Assembly: GCA_013239625.1 (NCBI GenBank)
Contig: MU053652.1
Coordinates: 6,749,902 to 6,813,901, forward strand
DNA length: 64,000 bases
From: Lama guanicoe
Taxonomy: Eukaryota
Direction: 5' to 3'
Shown here: piece after piece, positions 40,761 to 54,284 of the stretch
How positions within the stretch are numbered: the first letter of the stretch is position 1
Layout: the number at the start of each line of letters is the position of its first letter
Translations under genes and position numbers: made by a program
The notes under the pieces: generated by a model
The model's input: the letters and a program-made list of their open reading frames with translations, nothing else
What the model was told of the DNA's origin: nothing
The model's database searches: none

Positions 40761-41309
40761 TCTATGTTCAGAAACCTAAATATGCCTGTTTTTTTCTTAT
40801 TTGTCTGAACCTAGCGTGTGAGTCTTATTTAACTCAAGCCATTCATCAAGCCATTTAAAGCCATTTATCTAACAACAGGCCTTCTCATCTAAAGCACTAA
40901 AACCTCAGCTTAGAACTTCAAATCCATTTATTCAAAATGTCACAGAATGTTAAAGAATTTTGAGGGAGGAATATTTTATCACTGTCATTATTCAGGCTTG
41001 TCAGTATTTGGAAATAAAAGTAGGCTGGCTTTGAGTTTGTTAGTGTTCTTAGATTTTTTTTAAATTGTTGTTCTTAAATTTTCTATAAGCAAACTTTTTA
41101 TTGTCTGTATTCAAGGCCAACTGCTCCGCTGTCCCATATTTAGAATGCTGTTGGAAGCAAGTCTTCCATTTCAAAACAGAACTAAAATGAAGTTTTAAAA
41201 GCCACATGTTTCCTGCAGCAACTTGCAAGACAAGACAATAAAACCAACAATGAATAGCCCAGGTTTGGTGGGAAATATGAGCTCATCAGAAAGACTGGAA
41301 GTGATTTCC

Positions 41310-41790
41310 TCCCAAAAAGATAAGATCCAACCCACACTTAACAGAGTGAGGAGTGAGGGGTTACTCACTCTCTGTGGGGGTGAATTAGCTGCACCAATTA
41401 TTTGGAATTCTTCTACACCATAACTTGCCTATTCCCATTGATTATTTAGCCATTGTTTATAGAAGTATGAACTTACGTATTTTTTTAATACTGTGGTTTA
41501 TGATACAATCCTACTTAATTTTGTTGCTTAAATTGTTCCAGCTTTTTTTGGCCATCAGGAGATCTTCCAGGTGGCTGCTTTCTACACCTACGACACACTC
41601 TCACCACTGCAGTGCCTCTGTTTTTGAGCACTTCCTTAGTTTCTGACACCACAAGGTGCTTCAGGATCATTATCCTGCCCCAGTCCTAGAATCAGTCATT
41701 TCTCCAACGAAACCTGATTCCATTTATTGGAAAATGGTATTAGAAACTTAGATACTAGGCACCAGGTGTGCATGTTGCTACTGTGGGACG
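41310..41790 (-). mobile_element. L1MC/MD 3' UTR fragment
   Basis: ttgttgcttaaattgttccagct...ttctgacaccacaaggtgcttcagg...cctgccccagtcctagaatcagtcatttctcc; related to the copy near 35.8-36.0 kb. Confidence 0.75.
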
Positions 41791-41859
41791 TGGACTATTA
41801 TTTTAACAGTAAAATATATCTGGAATCAGAGGGCTCTGAGGCAGAGAAAGATTAATCTC

Positions 41860-42560
41860 ATCATTATTTATTGAGAGTCCACTATCACTTAGATACTGTT
41901 CTATATAATAGAAAGTCAACAGTAAGTTAAATAAAAAAAAAAACTGCCCTCATGAGGTTCATATTCTAGGAGCAAATAAAAGCTATATAAACTTATGAAT
42001 AAATAATAGTAAATATGATGAATGAAAATGAAGTCGAGAAAAAGAAGAGTGAAGAGGGTGCTATGTTATAGAAAGTGGCATTTGAGCAAAGTCCTTCAGG
42101 ATGAGGAATGAGACATAAATGCTGGGTGGACTAGCTCTCCCTGTCAGTTGATTACGAAAATCAAAATCAACAGGACAACTTTGAAATGTATCAGTGCTGA
42201 GGGCAGACCCCAGATCAGTTCATCTGAATATTCGTAGTTAGAGCCCCCAGAAGATTCTCAAGTAATCTCATTCACAGTGAGAAACAGGAGCAAACAGCAA
42301 GCTGAAGTCACTTGGCTAGGAAAAAGCTTTGGAGATATAAGGAAAGGAAGAAGACCAGTGTGGTTCCAGCTCAACCAACTGATGGGAGAAGAAAGCGGGA
42401 GATAACGATCAACAAGGAAGACAAGAGCTGAAAAGGTCCAATCTTCTGGGCCTTCCTAAAGAGCTCAGATTCTGCTCTATGACTGATAGTAAGTCATTTG
42501 GGAGACTTAAAGGAATTACATGATCCAATTTATCTTTTTTAAAAGTCACCTTGGAGGCTG
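41860..42560 (-). mobile_element. L2 remnant (with probable MER5 insert near 42130-42280)
   Basis: attatttattgagagtccactat...ctgccctcatgaggttcatattctag motif. Confidence 0.6.
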
Positions 42561-42789
42561 CAAAACTTAACTGTATCAGAGGAAGACCATCCCCAGTATT
42601 ACAGCTCCAGCCCTGACCTCTCTAATGAACTTCCTATCCGTATGAAGCTGCCCCTTTGACTTCTCCCTTGGAACACTAACAGACACCCCAGACTCATCTT
42701 GTTCACAACCCAGTTCCCGATAGTTCTTCAAAGCTGTTCCTTATACAGTATCTTTATTTCATTCCCCCACAGCACTAGGTACCAGTAAA

Positions 42790-45625
42790 GAAGAATGCCT
42801 TTGACCCAAGAGAAGAGGATTCGTGGGATTCCTGAGAAGTTATAATGAAAACCTGGGCCTCCAAGAGTTTACAGCCCCAAATCAAATCACATAGTGCATT
42901 GACTTCTGACTGGGAGCACCTGAAAATCTAGGCACCTGAAAATCTTCCGTTGGACCCGTGTCCTAGGCCACAAAGAACCTCCACATATAATTTCCCAAAG
43001 AAAGCTAGCATCACAAAACGGAACAAGCCTCTTTGCAAACAAAAATGAAGCATGAATAAACAGAAACAACAAATAAATAGAACACTAGGACTTTAAACTG
43101 TGGCATTATCAGAACCTATAACAAAACCACAGTGCCTAATAAGTTTTAAGAAATAAAGACAAGATTGAAAATACCTGCAGGGAGAAAGCAATATAATTAA
43201 TGACCTAGCAGATTTTAAACAAACAAACAAGCAAAGTAAATTGAGCTTTTGGAATGAAAAACATAACTAAAATTGAAACTCAAGGACAGACTTAGGAGAT
43301 TGGATAGAGTTGAATAGAAAATTATTGAACTTTAACAAAGGTGTAAAGTAATTATCAAGAGGAGAGTTGGAGAATAGAGTAATGAAAGTTCAGTAGTATG
43401 AAAAATAGAGTGATATGTAAAATCAGTTCTAGAAGAAGAAGAGAAAATGTAACAGAATTATTTGAAATTGTGATGGTTCAAAAATTTCCAATACAAGTAA
43501 AATTTATTAACTGCTTCAACCAATTAAAAAATATATTAATATCTAGCAAGTTAAAAAAAATCTGCATGTTAGGAAGAACAGTCAATTTCTCAACTGAAAC
43601 AATGGAAAGCATGAAAAAAGTCAAATTAATTATTCAATTATTTGAAAACAACTGCCAACCTTGATTTGTACACCTAGTACATTGTGTTTTGTTTTAAAGT
43701 CGGTGATGAAACAAAGTAATTTTGAGAGTGTACTATACCAGCAGACACTTAATTAAAAAAATTCCCCAAACCAAACTTCTCAAATGAGAAAAATATTTCA
43801 AAATGGGAGGCCTGTGATGTGAGAATGTATGAGAAAATGTTCAACAGGTTTTTAAATATTAATAAGTTTGTATAAATCAAAAAATAGTAAATTAGAAATT
43901 ACCTTATTCTTAACAAATGGCATTTCAATCTTTGTTAACAACTAATAATTCATTCAAGATAACATTAAAATATGTAACAAAATAACAATTTGAGACAAGA
44001 ATAAACAAGAGTTAAACTTCCTTAACTTTCTTTCATTTCCTAAAAGGATAGTAACAATACTGATTAAATTTGCACCCCACTAACTAAATTCTGCTTGTTG
44101 TAATTTCTAATGCAATTGTTAAAAGAAAGAATGAAATACAGAGTATAATGGAGAAAGCAGATGAGAACAAAAATAAAATGTTGAACAATAATTATAAACC
44201 ACAATAACATGAATGGATTAAAAAAACAGGACAGGAAGAGCAAAGAGAGAACATTACTTCTAAATAACAATGCTCCAAAGAGGGTCAGATAAAATATCCA
44301 ATTAATTCCACTTTTTACAAGAGACAGACCATAAATATAATGATACCAAAAACTGAAGGCAGAGGTATATCCATGTTTTGTGGGCCCTAAAATATAAACA
44401 ATTTAGAGGACTGCTAACAAAAATAATAAAAATTTTGAGGGTAACATTAGTAGCAAAAATGCATACTTATATAGAGTGAGAAATATAAAGATTTTAAACA
44501 TACCACAATGTGCAAATACTACAAACATCATGAATCAAGGGAAATTGCATAACATCATCTATATTATTATTGTATATAATTCATTTTCATTACATGATAG
44601 ATAATAGATAATCAATTCTTACTCTAGCTTGGTTGTTGTGATCATTGTTTCAAAAATTAAATCTTTCAGCTTCACAATTCTTAATAGTTGCCAATCTGTA
44701 ACTTTTGCTGCCATTGCTGGCACGGGTGTGCTTCCTTCCACGGCTTTGCTAAGCCCTCGGCAAACTCCAGCTTTGTTGGTGTCGTGGTTCCCTTCACTCC
44801 CCTGAGGCCAGTTGATTCTTGTGGAGGAAAGTAGCTTTGAAGCCTAGGCCTTACTGGTCCCCAAGCAGCAACCTGGCAGGGGCTAATTCAGATTCTTCTC
44901 CTTGTGGTTAGATTTAGGGCACCAATGCTCAGTGAAGCCCATGTAGGGGCAGGTTGTCACTGGAGACAAGGACAATAGGCACCTGGAGGCAGCAGCCCTC
45001 CAGCTGGCCAGGAACCTCAATGCCACCTCAGGATTTAGAGGGGGACCCCAGGTCAGGCCCACACTCCATACTTCCGGCAGATGGTAGAGAAACAGATTCC
45101 TCCCTGTGTCTACCTGGAAGACCATACGGAGCTTAGGGTTCTCAGGGTAAATCCTTAGGCAATTGAAAGTAAGGTAAAGAGAAAGATATTCCATTCCAGT
45201 ACGAACCAAAGAAATCTGTTGTTCCTACATTAACATCAGACAGAATGGACCTAAAGGCAAAAAGGATTTCTAAAGGAAAAGAAGTTTACTTTATAACGAT
45301 CACAAGTTTAATTCATCAGCAAGCCATAACAGTTTAAAATCTGTATGTACCTAATGACACCATCATAAAATATATACACTTATTATTGAGAAACTCATAA
45401 TGAATAATGGACAAATCTACAACCATAGCAGGAGTCTTCAGCAATTGCTACATTAAGTATCCAAAAAGCAAGAAAGAATAGAACAGTTGAACAACAGGAT
45501 TAAATAAGTTAACCTAAACTGTGCGACACACATTCTTCCCCATTACATACAGACCATTCAAAACATGGCCTGTACACTAGGTCATAAAGAAAAATCCCAC
45601 ACAGTCCGTGTACTTTACAACAATG
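42790..45625 (+). mobile_element. Decayed L1M 5' half (ORF1 and ORF2 endonuclease remnants) with nested insertions
   Basis: A-rich ORF1-like tract (tttctcaactgaaacaatggaaagc; gaaaacaactgccaacct) and EN remnants (taacatcagacagaatggacctaaaggcaaaa; aatctgtatgtacctaatgac; actaggtcataaaga). Confidence 0.75.
44358..44700. mobile_element. hAT-Tip100 (Zaphod/MER115-like) fragment inside L1
   Basis: atccatgttttgtgggccctaaaatataaacaattt resembles the terminal motif of this group. Confidence 0.45.
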
Positions 45626-47769
45626 TTTTGGAGGTAATATCTGCCTTGTTCCATTCCAACCTCTCCATCACATATACACACACACTTAATCACCTTTTTC
45701 ATCAGACCTCCAAAAAAGGTGGTTTTAAAAGAGGAAATTGCAAGCTCTGAAAAAGGTAGGGGTGTCTTTAAAAGTATCTGACCCAAGAAAGGCAATGACT
45801 TATCTATTCCTTTATTGAAATCATTTGTATTATTTGTTGGTGGAGCTAATCTACCTTAGAATAATTTCTGTAAGAAAAAAAAATTATGCATACTCCACTG
45901 CTAAGACTTAAGATAGGAAATGGTAACAGACATCAGAGAGGCCTGAAAGTGCATTATTATTCAGTTCAGCTGTGCAGAATCCCAGCTGCGATCTAGTTCA
46001 TCGCTCAGACCGTTGCCCCAGGCATTTATAGCATTCCTGGAAAACCTTCCCACAACCCCACTTCAAATCTACTGCTGCCCGAAACTGCCAATGGTTTCAT
46101 TTTAAAGATTCTAGTGATTTTAAAATTGCCTCTATTAGAGAGGGAGTAATTGGTAAAAATCCCCAAGGCTAGTGGCTGGGAAAAAAACTGTTACTGGTAA
46201 TAGCAGGGAATTACACAAAAATGTCAATGAATTTTTTGATTGATGCACCTGAGATACAGTGAAGTTTAATATCTAAGGATGCTGATAGCTGGATTAAAAA
46301 AAGAGGACCAAGGCACAAGCACTCACACATGTACACATATCAAGGGAAGAAAAACATATTTAAAAGCAATTTCTCTGCTTTTTAACTTATAAATCATGTT
46401 AGATAGATTAAATCAGTTTTTGGCATCAAGATCCCAACACTTTGTGGAAACAGTTATTGTCTTCCAATTTCTTCTGTTCACCTACCATTAAACATTACTT
46501 TTTCAAGTATTAAAATACACTTACTTTCAACAGTATAGAAGGAAAGGAGTGTTCAAGAAATCAGTGGGAAGAATACGGACATTATCAAAAGCAAAGAATA
46601 AAAAAACTTTGTGATCAGTTGGATGCCTCAACAAAAACAATGTACACCTGAAACTCTGCAACAACCCTCATTTCTTAAAAAGTACATGCACACACACACA
46701 AACACATATACACACAACAAACATTATCTTGAGCAGAACTAATACTAAAATTTGAAGTGCATTTAGTATCCTGTTTCAAATATCTAATACAGTGATAGAA
46801 CCCTTTAAGTTCAATGATGTGTTCTTCTTACTTGTAATGTTGATTGCTCCTCGTTTTTATAGCTTGTAATTTTTTTAAAAAAACAATTATACAATAGTAT
46901 TACATATTAACAATTAACTTCTTGATGATAAATATAACCTGAAAAAGTAATTTCATTTTTCTGCCAAGGTTCCATAAGTAATTCTGATATTAACAGAGTC
47001 AAGTAATACATCTTTGCTCATAGCATATGGCAGGCTTACAAATAATGCATTTACATTGAATGCTGTTTTCTATAGTGAAAGTAAAACAATGTTTGGCAGA
47101 TTAGTGGTGTTGGACTGTTTCCCCCGAGAGATTCACTCATGACCCTTTTAAAATCACTTCTTTTTTATTCCCCTTTTTTGTGAGTTTTGCTGTCCATAAC
47201 TCAAATTGTCCCACCCTAAAGTCTAGCGCTACAAGGGAGCAAATCATGACATGACAAACGGCATTCATCACCTTGATTGTTCTGACTCAACTGTCAACAT
47301 TTTCTGAAGAAAGATAATTCTAAAACCCTTTTGGAAATGGACACTTTTCCTTAGGTCAAAACCACAGAGTGGTCCCTTCAGAATTCTAGGACCACATTTT
47401 CTTATGTAAGGCCATGTCCCATTTTTTTTTTTCTTGTTCTTTAATGATCTTACTCTCTTCTTCCATTCTCTCTTCTTGTGAACGTTCACGAGGACAAATA
47501 TACCTACAGGCGTCCTGTTCTATCAGCCTTCCACTATTCGGTGAGCTGACTTGTCATTTCTCAGATGCCTGGGTGCCAGGTTGAGACAAAAATACAGAGT
47601 GACTGGCAAGTTCCATGATTGTGTTGATGTCCTGTGACACCTCTCCAGATATTGTCACCTTGAATGTGTACCTTACTAGACAATATAAGAACTGGACTGT
47701 TAAACATTATTTTCTTGTTTTCAAAATCTTTCCTCTAAGTGCACTAATACTGTGAGTGTTCTTTACCTA

Positions 47770-48145
47770 TACAAAATATATATTCACTCATAATAGTAAG
47801 TAGAAATGAGAATGAATAAACAGACACTACATTAAAATAGATTAACCTCACTAAAATTTTTGAATAAAAACATATTCAAAAGGATAATACTGTGTATCTG
47901 TATTTATTTAAAAAAAATTTTTTTAAACTAACTTAAACTCATCTCCAGTGTTAAAAAATGAGGAATTACCCATGGAGGCAGATTATAACTAACAGAAGGC
48001 AACAGGGGAGCTTCTAGAAAGTAGAAAATATTCTATTGTTTGATCTGGGCACTGGTTACATTCTAATGGTATTTATTGAAATACCATTTTTTTTTCTGGT
48101 TACTGGGATGCCCTTTATTAAATGTGTAACTCAACAGTACATTTT
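47770..48145 (+). mobile_element. L1ME-like 3' end
   Basis: ggggagcttctagaaagtagaaaatattctattgtttgatctgggcactggttaca motif. Confidence 0.65.
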
Positions 48146-49685
48146 TAATGAGACATGTCATGATTTTGTAAAAGTTTTCAAATTCCTAAGGGCCAAATAA
48201 CTAATTTGGAAAACTAGGTTCTGCATTTTAATTTTGTACAAAGATGGTATACTTGGGGGCTGATGCAAACGCTGTGGCACGTGCAACAGGACACAAGTCT
48301 GGAAATGCCAAGCAAAGAAAAGTAATCAGGTTTCCTCTGTAGGCACCAATATTTGAGTGACAATTTCTTGCCAAAACCTTCTCTCGGTTTTTGTTACTTC
48401 AATCGCCTTAATGATACCTATTCAGCAGTTGAATAGTTGGGTTCTTAATAAAGGAAAGTATAAACAGAGGCTTTTATGTTTAAAAAGAAACAAGAGTAAA
48501 TTACTAAGTTGCATCAATTACAATTAATTCCAGATTTACAATAGAAAAACTAGAACAGGTGACATGGCTTTCATAAGTAATGGACAAGAATAATTGTTGT
48601 GTACTTAGCTACAATTTTCCCTATTATGAAAAACATCGGGGAAAGCATTTTTAATGTTCTCTATTTAACACAACGTAATAGGGATGCATTTAACATCAGT
48701 TTTCTGTTCTGTACTGTTGGTGTCATTTCAGAAGTATATAACAGATTATTTCTCACACACAAAAAAGGTACACGATCATTTACTTTTAGCAGGAAGCCAG
48801 TACAGATATTTTTTAAAGAGACATTACTACAGAAATGAGGTATGTAATCTTGGCCAAGGCAACATACTCTTGTTCTTTCTTTCTTAGAAAATAGAACTTT
48901 TCAATGTCATTTGCTCAAAATTATGCTACCAAGCATAACTATTTACCTTTCCAACACTTCCTCAAGAAAATGAAAGCACTGGATTTGAAAGTGCCCTGCT
49001 ATGTTCTTCACTGGAATCTTCTCCTCTGCTCTATTTTATAGGATCACTCAACTTTTGTTTTCCCCCCAGAATCTTTGATATCTTTCTACTCCATCAACTG
49101 GAGCCCATCTCTATGTTCCCTACAGAACATAAAATGTCCCCCTGCTTCCAAAACTTGGCTTTATAAAAGATGACCAGCATTCACTATCAGTTCAAGACAT
49201 GATGCATTAGGGGGCTCATTTCTGGAATGGTGGTGTGAGGATCTTCACGGATCCACTCCAAAATTAAACAATCATAACTGAAAAGTATAAAAATACCCAA
49301 CCATTTGAAGTCTTTGAAAATTGTCATAGGGTGTACAGTAAATGGAGAAACATTTATTTAAGAAAATCTACTACATCTTGCCAAGAACAGCAAAGAGATA
49401 TGGCATTTCAGCCGTGACTCACTCATATACATGACTGGGAATTGTAGAAATATGACATATTGATGTGGAAATTAAAGTATAAAGATACGATTTTCCCTAT
49501 AGATAATTGTATGATCAAAGATTCCAGAGTGAGAAAACAGTGTTTTGAAATATTCACAAGCAAACACTGATTCCATAGAATTGATTAAAAATGCTGAGCT
49601 CAAGGAAAAAGAGCACTCCTTTCCTCTCCACCCCTTTACTTCCTCATCTTTCACATCACTACGTTTCCATTGTTTGTTTGACTCG

Positions 49686-49719
49686 TTCATCCATCCATCC
49701 ATCCATCCATCCACCCATC
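49686..49719. repeat. (CCAT)n microsatellite, probably an L2 tail
   Basis: ttcatccatccatccatccatccatccacccatc. Confidence 0.85.
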
Positions 49720-50690
49720 AATGACTATAGAACTATAAGGTCCATGAGGCTAATAACATTTTCCATTTTATTTGACTCTATATACCTACCATTAAACAAA
49801 ATGTCTGTTTCAGAGGCTGTGCACAATTAAGTATTGGATGACTTTGTCTGAAAACTGTATTATCTAACCAAATTGTATACTTCCAAGCAGAAATAGGTAT
49901 CAATGTGACAATAAGAAGTGTATTAAAGATAAGAAAATGATTCTTATTATACATGTAATCTTAAGCACATAATATTCTAGGTTCTTAATCTCAGTTTTTA
50001 CTCATAAAAACACACTGAGTAGAGCCAGTCAGCCCACATCAGGGGCAATTTTCTATTACAGAAAGAATAATTAGCTATGCTTTTTTTGGTCTTGAAAAGA
50101 TTTAATTGGGGTCACTGAAATTTCTGTATCCTATGCCGAAAGACCTCTTGTCAAACAATCAGATGGCAAAATGTATCACAGATAAATTAATAAATCTATA
50201 ACTATGAAGACGAAACATAAAATTTCCATATCAATAAAACAGAATACAGCAGTACAAATCTATTTATATGAAACTCCATTACCACTCTCACAACTAACTT
50301 CTTGTTTCCAGAGTTTCTCTAATACATTCCATCACAAAGCATTGAATCCAGGAATTATTTTTTTCCCTTAAGTCTCTAGGATTTAACACAGATGATTAAA
50401 GTCATTTTAAAATTGAGTTATTTCCTCAATGCCTTGGAAAGTGTGGGATTAGGGTGCCTCCTCACAAAAAATAAATCAGCAGGACAAATACTGTTGATTG
50501 CCTAATTATTGACTGAATAATCCCTAAATTTGGAATGAAATCAAGAGCTTTGGTTGCAGGATCAGAGGCACGGCAATGTAATAGATTCTAAAAACACATT
50601 ATTTGAGAGATGACTTAAATGCAAATTTAAGTAAATCACTGGATGAAAACGCAAGGATAAAGTTATTTACAAGGGTAAGTGTGAACTTAC

Positions 50691-50783
50691 CAACAGCAAA
50701 GCTTATTTCCCCTATTCTTCTTCTAAATCACTATTCTTTTTGTGCCGATGAACAATTAATTCCCCATTTGGTAGCCTTCTTAT
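50691..50783 (-). pseudogene. Pseudo-exon, 93 nt, frameshifted: ...AQKE*/DLEEE*GK*ALLL
   Basis: Acceptor tttttaatgttgtag, donor TTG|GTAAGT. All three frames contain stops. Combined frames resemble remembered Chlamydomonas ODA1 ADKEQQGFEEEWRQLTTII. Confidence 0.6.
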
Positions 50784-52389
50784 CTACAACATTAAAAACA
50801 TTAAAGCCTGTCTAATTCTCACTTACTCTATTATTCTGACAAAAAAGCGACCAAAGTCAATTTCTATTTAATCTGGGCTGCTGTAAATACAAACCCTTGC
50901 TTGGCAAGCAACCTAGACATCACTATCTCTTGCAGACACTATAAAATCCTCATTCTCAGTGGCTTGCAGGGATCAGAATATAAATATCATATGGCAAACT
51001 GCATGCTTGCAGAAAGATGGGGTTCAATTACAATGAATGTAAAATTATGACCAAGGGAACGTTGTCTAAGAATCAAAGTATAACAAGTTAGAAAAGTAAT
51101 ACATACCATTAGGAAAAGAACAAAATGGCGTATTTTGAATTAAGGCTTTTACAAGGCTGTCAAATCAAGATACTTAATTCTTACTTTAATTCTAAAGTAA
51201 AAAAAAAAAAATCGCCTGCCCTGATCCTTATAAATATTTTTATGGATAATACTTAACACTAATTACCTAAAAAGAAACAACAACCCTATTTTGTCATGGA
51301 ATTAAATGAAGAATAATCTTTCGGATGGGGGTAATAAACATGTCCAAATGGCAAAATGGTTGAACTTTGAAGTAGCACGTATTTTCTTTAATGTTTATGC
51401 TTTAGTAGCAAGGCTAGCTCATTTTTGGTGAGTTGTTTTCCCTTCAATATGGCTTTCATTTCTCATTGTACCTAACGAAACCAGTGGTGGATAGGGTGGA
51501 GAGTGGGAAATAAAACTCGACTTAAGAACAAGGTTTCAATTAAGGCACAAACCACTAAGATACTGGTTGCAATACAGATGCAAACTAGTTATTGTTCTCC
51601 GTAACTCCAAGCATGGGTGTTAAGAGGTCCTAGATGAAAATTCATTGTGCATCATGGGATTTTGAAAAAGAAGCAAAACATCTGTGTACTATTTGTTTCC
51701 TAAATGAATTTAAAATTTTCACAGCTTGTTAAAAATTCTTAACTATATTCATTATTAACATATCTAAAAACATATGGTAGTTGATATCCTTGACCTCAGC
51801 TAGATTATATCAAAGGGGACTTCAAAAAAAATTATACTAGGCTTGCCTTCTGCCTAGCTTTTATCGGCTAGTGTAATTAATGTTAACAATAGAAGTATAA
51901 TAAAAATTGAAAATTTGAACTTCCTATTCTCCATGATCCTTTCATTGCTTTAGGAAAAAAAAAAATCTTACAGCTAAATTGGTGATCCTTTGATAGACTG
52001 ACCGTTGTGTGGAATTAAGCATGGCATGTGGATTCCTTTAGATGGAATTGGAAATTCTACTATTCCAACAATTTAAGTAACATTGATTTTTCTAAAATAC
52101 TAAAATATAATCTTTGAGGATTATGATTTCTCTTAAAATTAAATCTTATGTACAAAAGGGATTCTACCTTTCTGTTTCAGAGAAACATTAAAAAAAAATA
52201 GTTATTACCTGTGCATGTGTGTGGAGACAGAGAGAGAGAGCACTGTATCTGTCATTACATTTTGTTTTCAGTTATCTTAAAGAGAATTATTCCTTGTACA
52301 CAATTGGAGCTAAATCTAAACGTTTGATGTATTGTGTGTATTATTATTTCATACCCAGATATACAACATACAAATAACACATAGAGCTT

Positions 52390-52830
52390 ACTCAGCTCAG
52401 GTAACCCTGGGCTACTGGCCACTGGACTCCCGTGACATTTCCTGAACCCAGCAGACATGCTTCCCAGAAGCCTTGAACTTGCTGGCCTTGCTCTTGGAAT
52501 GTTCTTCACCATGTACCTAGCCCTGTTATTTTACTTTTATCTCTGGTGACTACCTCTGATAAAATGCCACTGTATCAATGACACCTTTCCTGACCACAAT
52601 ATTAAACACTTCAGCACTCCATCTTTGATTCACTACCCCCTTTGTCTGTTTTATCTTTCTTCACAGCACTTCCATTACCAGGTTAATTTAATGTTTATTT
52701 TTAATTTATTTACTCTTGTCCACCTTCCTCTTTTTGGAACACTAGTGCTCCATAAAGGTAACTTTTTTTGAACAAAATATTTTCCGAGCTAACAATGAAT
52801 TTTGGCACATTCCATAACTATATGTGAATA
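52390..52830 (+). mobile_element. L2 remnant
   Basis: cctttcctgaccac...ttcttcacagcactt...gctccataaagg motifs. Confidence 0.65.
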
Positions 52831-53989
52831 AACTGTATCCACCTTATTTGATCAAGGTACCATTGTATACAATAGTATATGTAAAGGGCTACTATTACTG
52901 TCCCAATATTTTCTACATTCGACTCAGATCTTTGCTTATGCTTTAGCAGTTTGGGGTTATTTGCCCCTTATTCCCTTCTTCGTTGCCCTGTATCAGCCGG
53001 AGCATTTTCCTTTGAGCTCTCCCTCTTATATTCCATGTGCTGTGATGTTTCATCTTCAGTTCTCTGCAATCACTTCTATTATGTTTGCCTTGAAATGCTA
53101 CCCTTTTCAACATCAATATATTCACACTCAATTGTTGCCGCAGATCATTTGCTGCTTTTCTCCCAGACAGTTCAGCTATTTATCAAACACTTCCTAATTT
53201 TCATTTCACACCTCTTTTTGTGATCATACATAGACGGGGTGTGAGAGAGTAAAGTGATAACTGCACAGCGCAAGTGAAATCCTATGGAAGCGGCAATTTG
53301 ACTTCACATTATCATTTGACCACATGTCTGTCGCACTAGAGAACATTGGTTTCTCGAATTTTCACTCAGCCATGCAATCAATTTGGTTTGTAAGAAGTCA
53401 GTCGAGAAAGTGCCAGATTATTTCCTAATGTTTAAATACACTGTGGGCAAGGTCAAGCTGAGCAAAACTCAATGAACACATTGTTGCTTTCCAATTCCTT
53501 TCTCTCCTATTGCATTCTGATCAATAAAATCCTTTCCCACTCTAACTCTGAAATCTTATCTAAAGAGAAGAGCAGAATTTTTGGAGTAGTTTCAAGAAGG
53601 TCTTAGAGTTAATTTTAGAATTCTTCAATTTTATTTTCCTTAGCTTCTGGAGTTTGGGTATAAGTTTGAATGACACTGAGAAAAACTGACAAGCTGGACC
53701 ACATTCCATCAGGTTACAGGACATACTTTAAAAAATAGTCACTTTGGTTCCAGGGTCTTTTCATTCTGTTTTTTTCTCTTATCCTCATATATGTAATTAT
53801 TTGTCAAAAGTTTTTAAGTGAGCATCATGAGTCTACAGATTTGCTGAAAAAGTAATGTAGCAGTAGCTTTCTCTCCTATACCATCAAACAGTGGCCTTTA
53901 GCTTTTAGGATGCTAACTCCACATGTTATCGCATTTGCAAGAAGTTTCTAAGCCAATTACTCTCTCACATACAAAAAGCAACAACTCAC

Positions 53990-54093
53990 TTTGTACTATA
54001 TTTGCTAAAATCTCTTCTTGTGCAATCTTTATTTTTAAATATCCTCCAACAACTTTTGAATGAGAACCATCCTTTCAGGGATTTATTTTATAA
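53990..54093 (-). pseudogene. Pseudo-exon, 104 nt: IK*IPERMVLIQKLLEDI*K*RLHKKRF*QI*YK
   Basis: Acceptor aattatttcag, donor AAA|GTGAGT. Ungapped resemblance to remembered CCDC63 [20 protein letters not shown]. Five stops in this frame. Another frame has only one stop, so the frame choice rests on the homology. Confidence 0.55.
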
Positions 54094-54284
54094 CTGAAAT
54101 AATTATGATTATGGTTACTTGTTCACTTCAGTTCCAAGTATTTCAAGGACCCCTTATAATGTAAAGCAATATGCTTTAAGATGTGGTGACATACTTATAC
54201 AATATTTGTGTTCACAAAGAGCTTACGGAATAGCCAAGAAGACAAGATGTTTATAAAGAAAGAAAAAAAAGACAATTATTCATA

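Noticed and set aside
51107..51191. Minus-strand segment with T-rich acceptor and ATG|GTATGT donor
   Set aside because: Stops present and no resemblance to the expected DC2 segment; the acceptor is just a poly(A) run on the other strand.
21676..54093. Idea that the many in-frame stops are recoded by RNA editing or readthrough
   Set aside because: Restoring the family residues needs heterogeneous changes (to G, T and C at different codon positions), and there is a frameshift and a dead donor. Ordinary pseudogene decay explains it.
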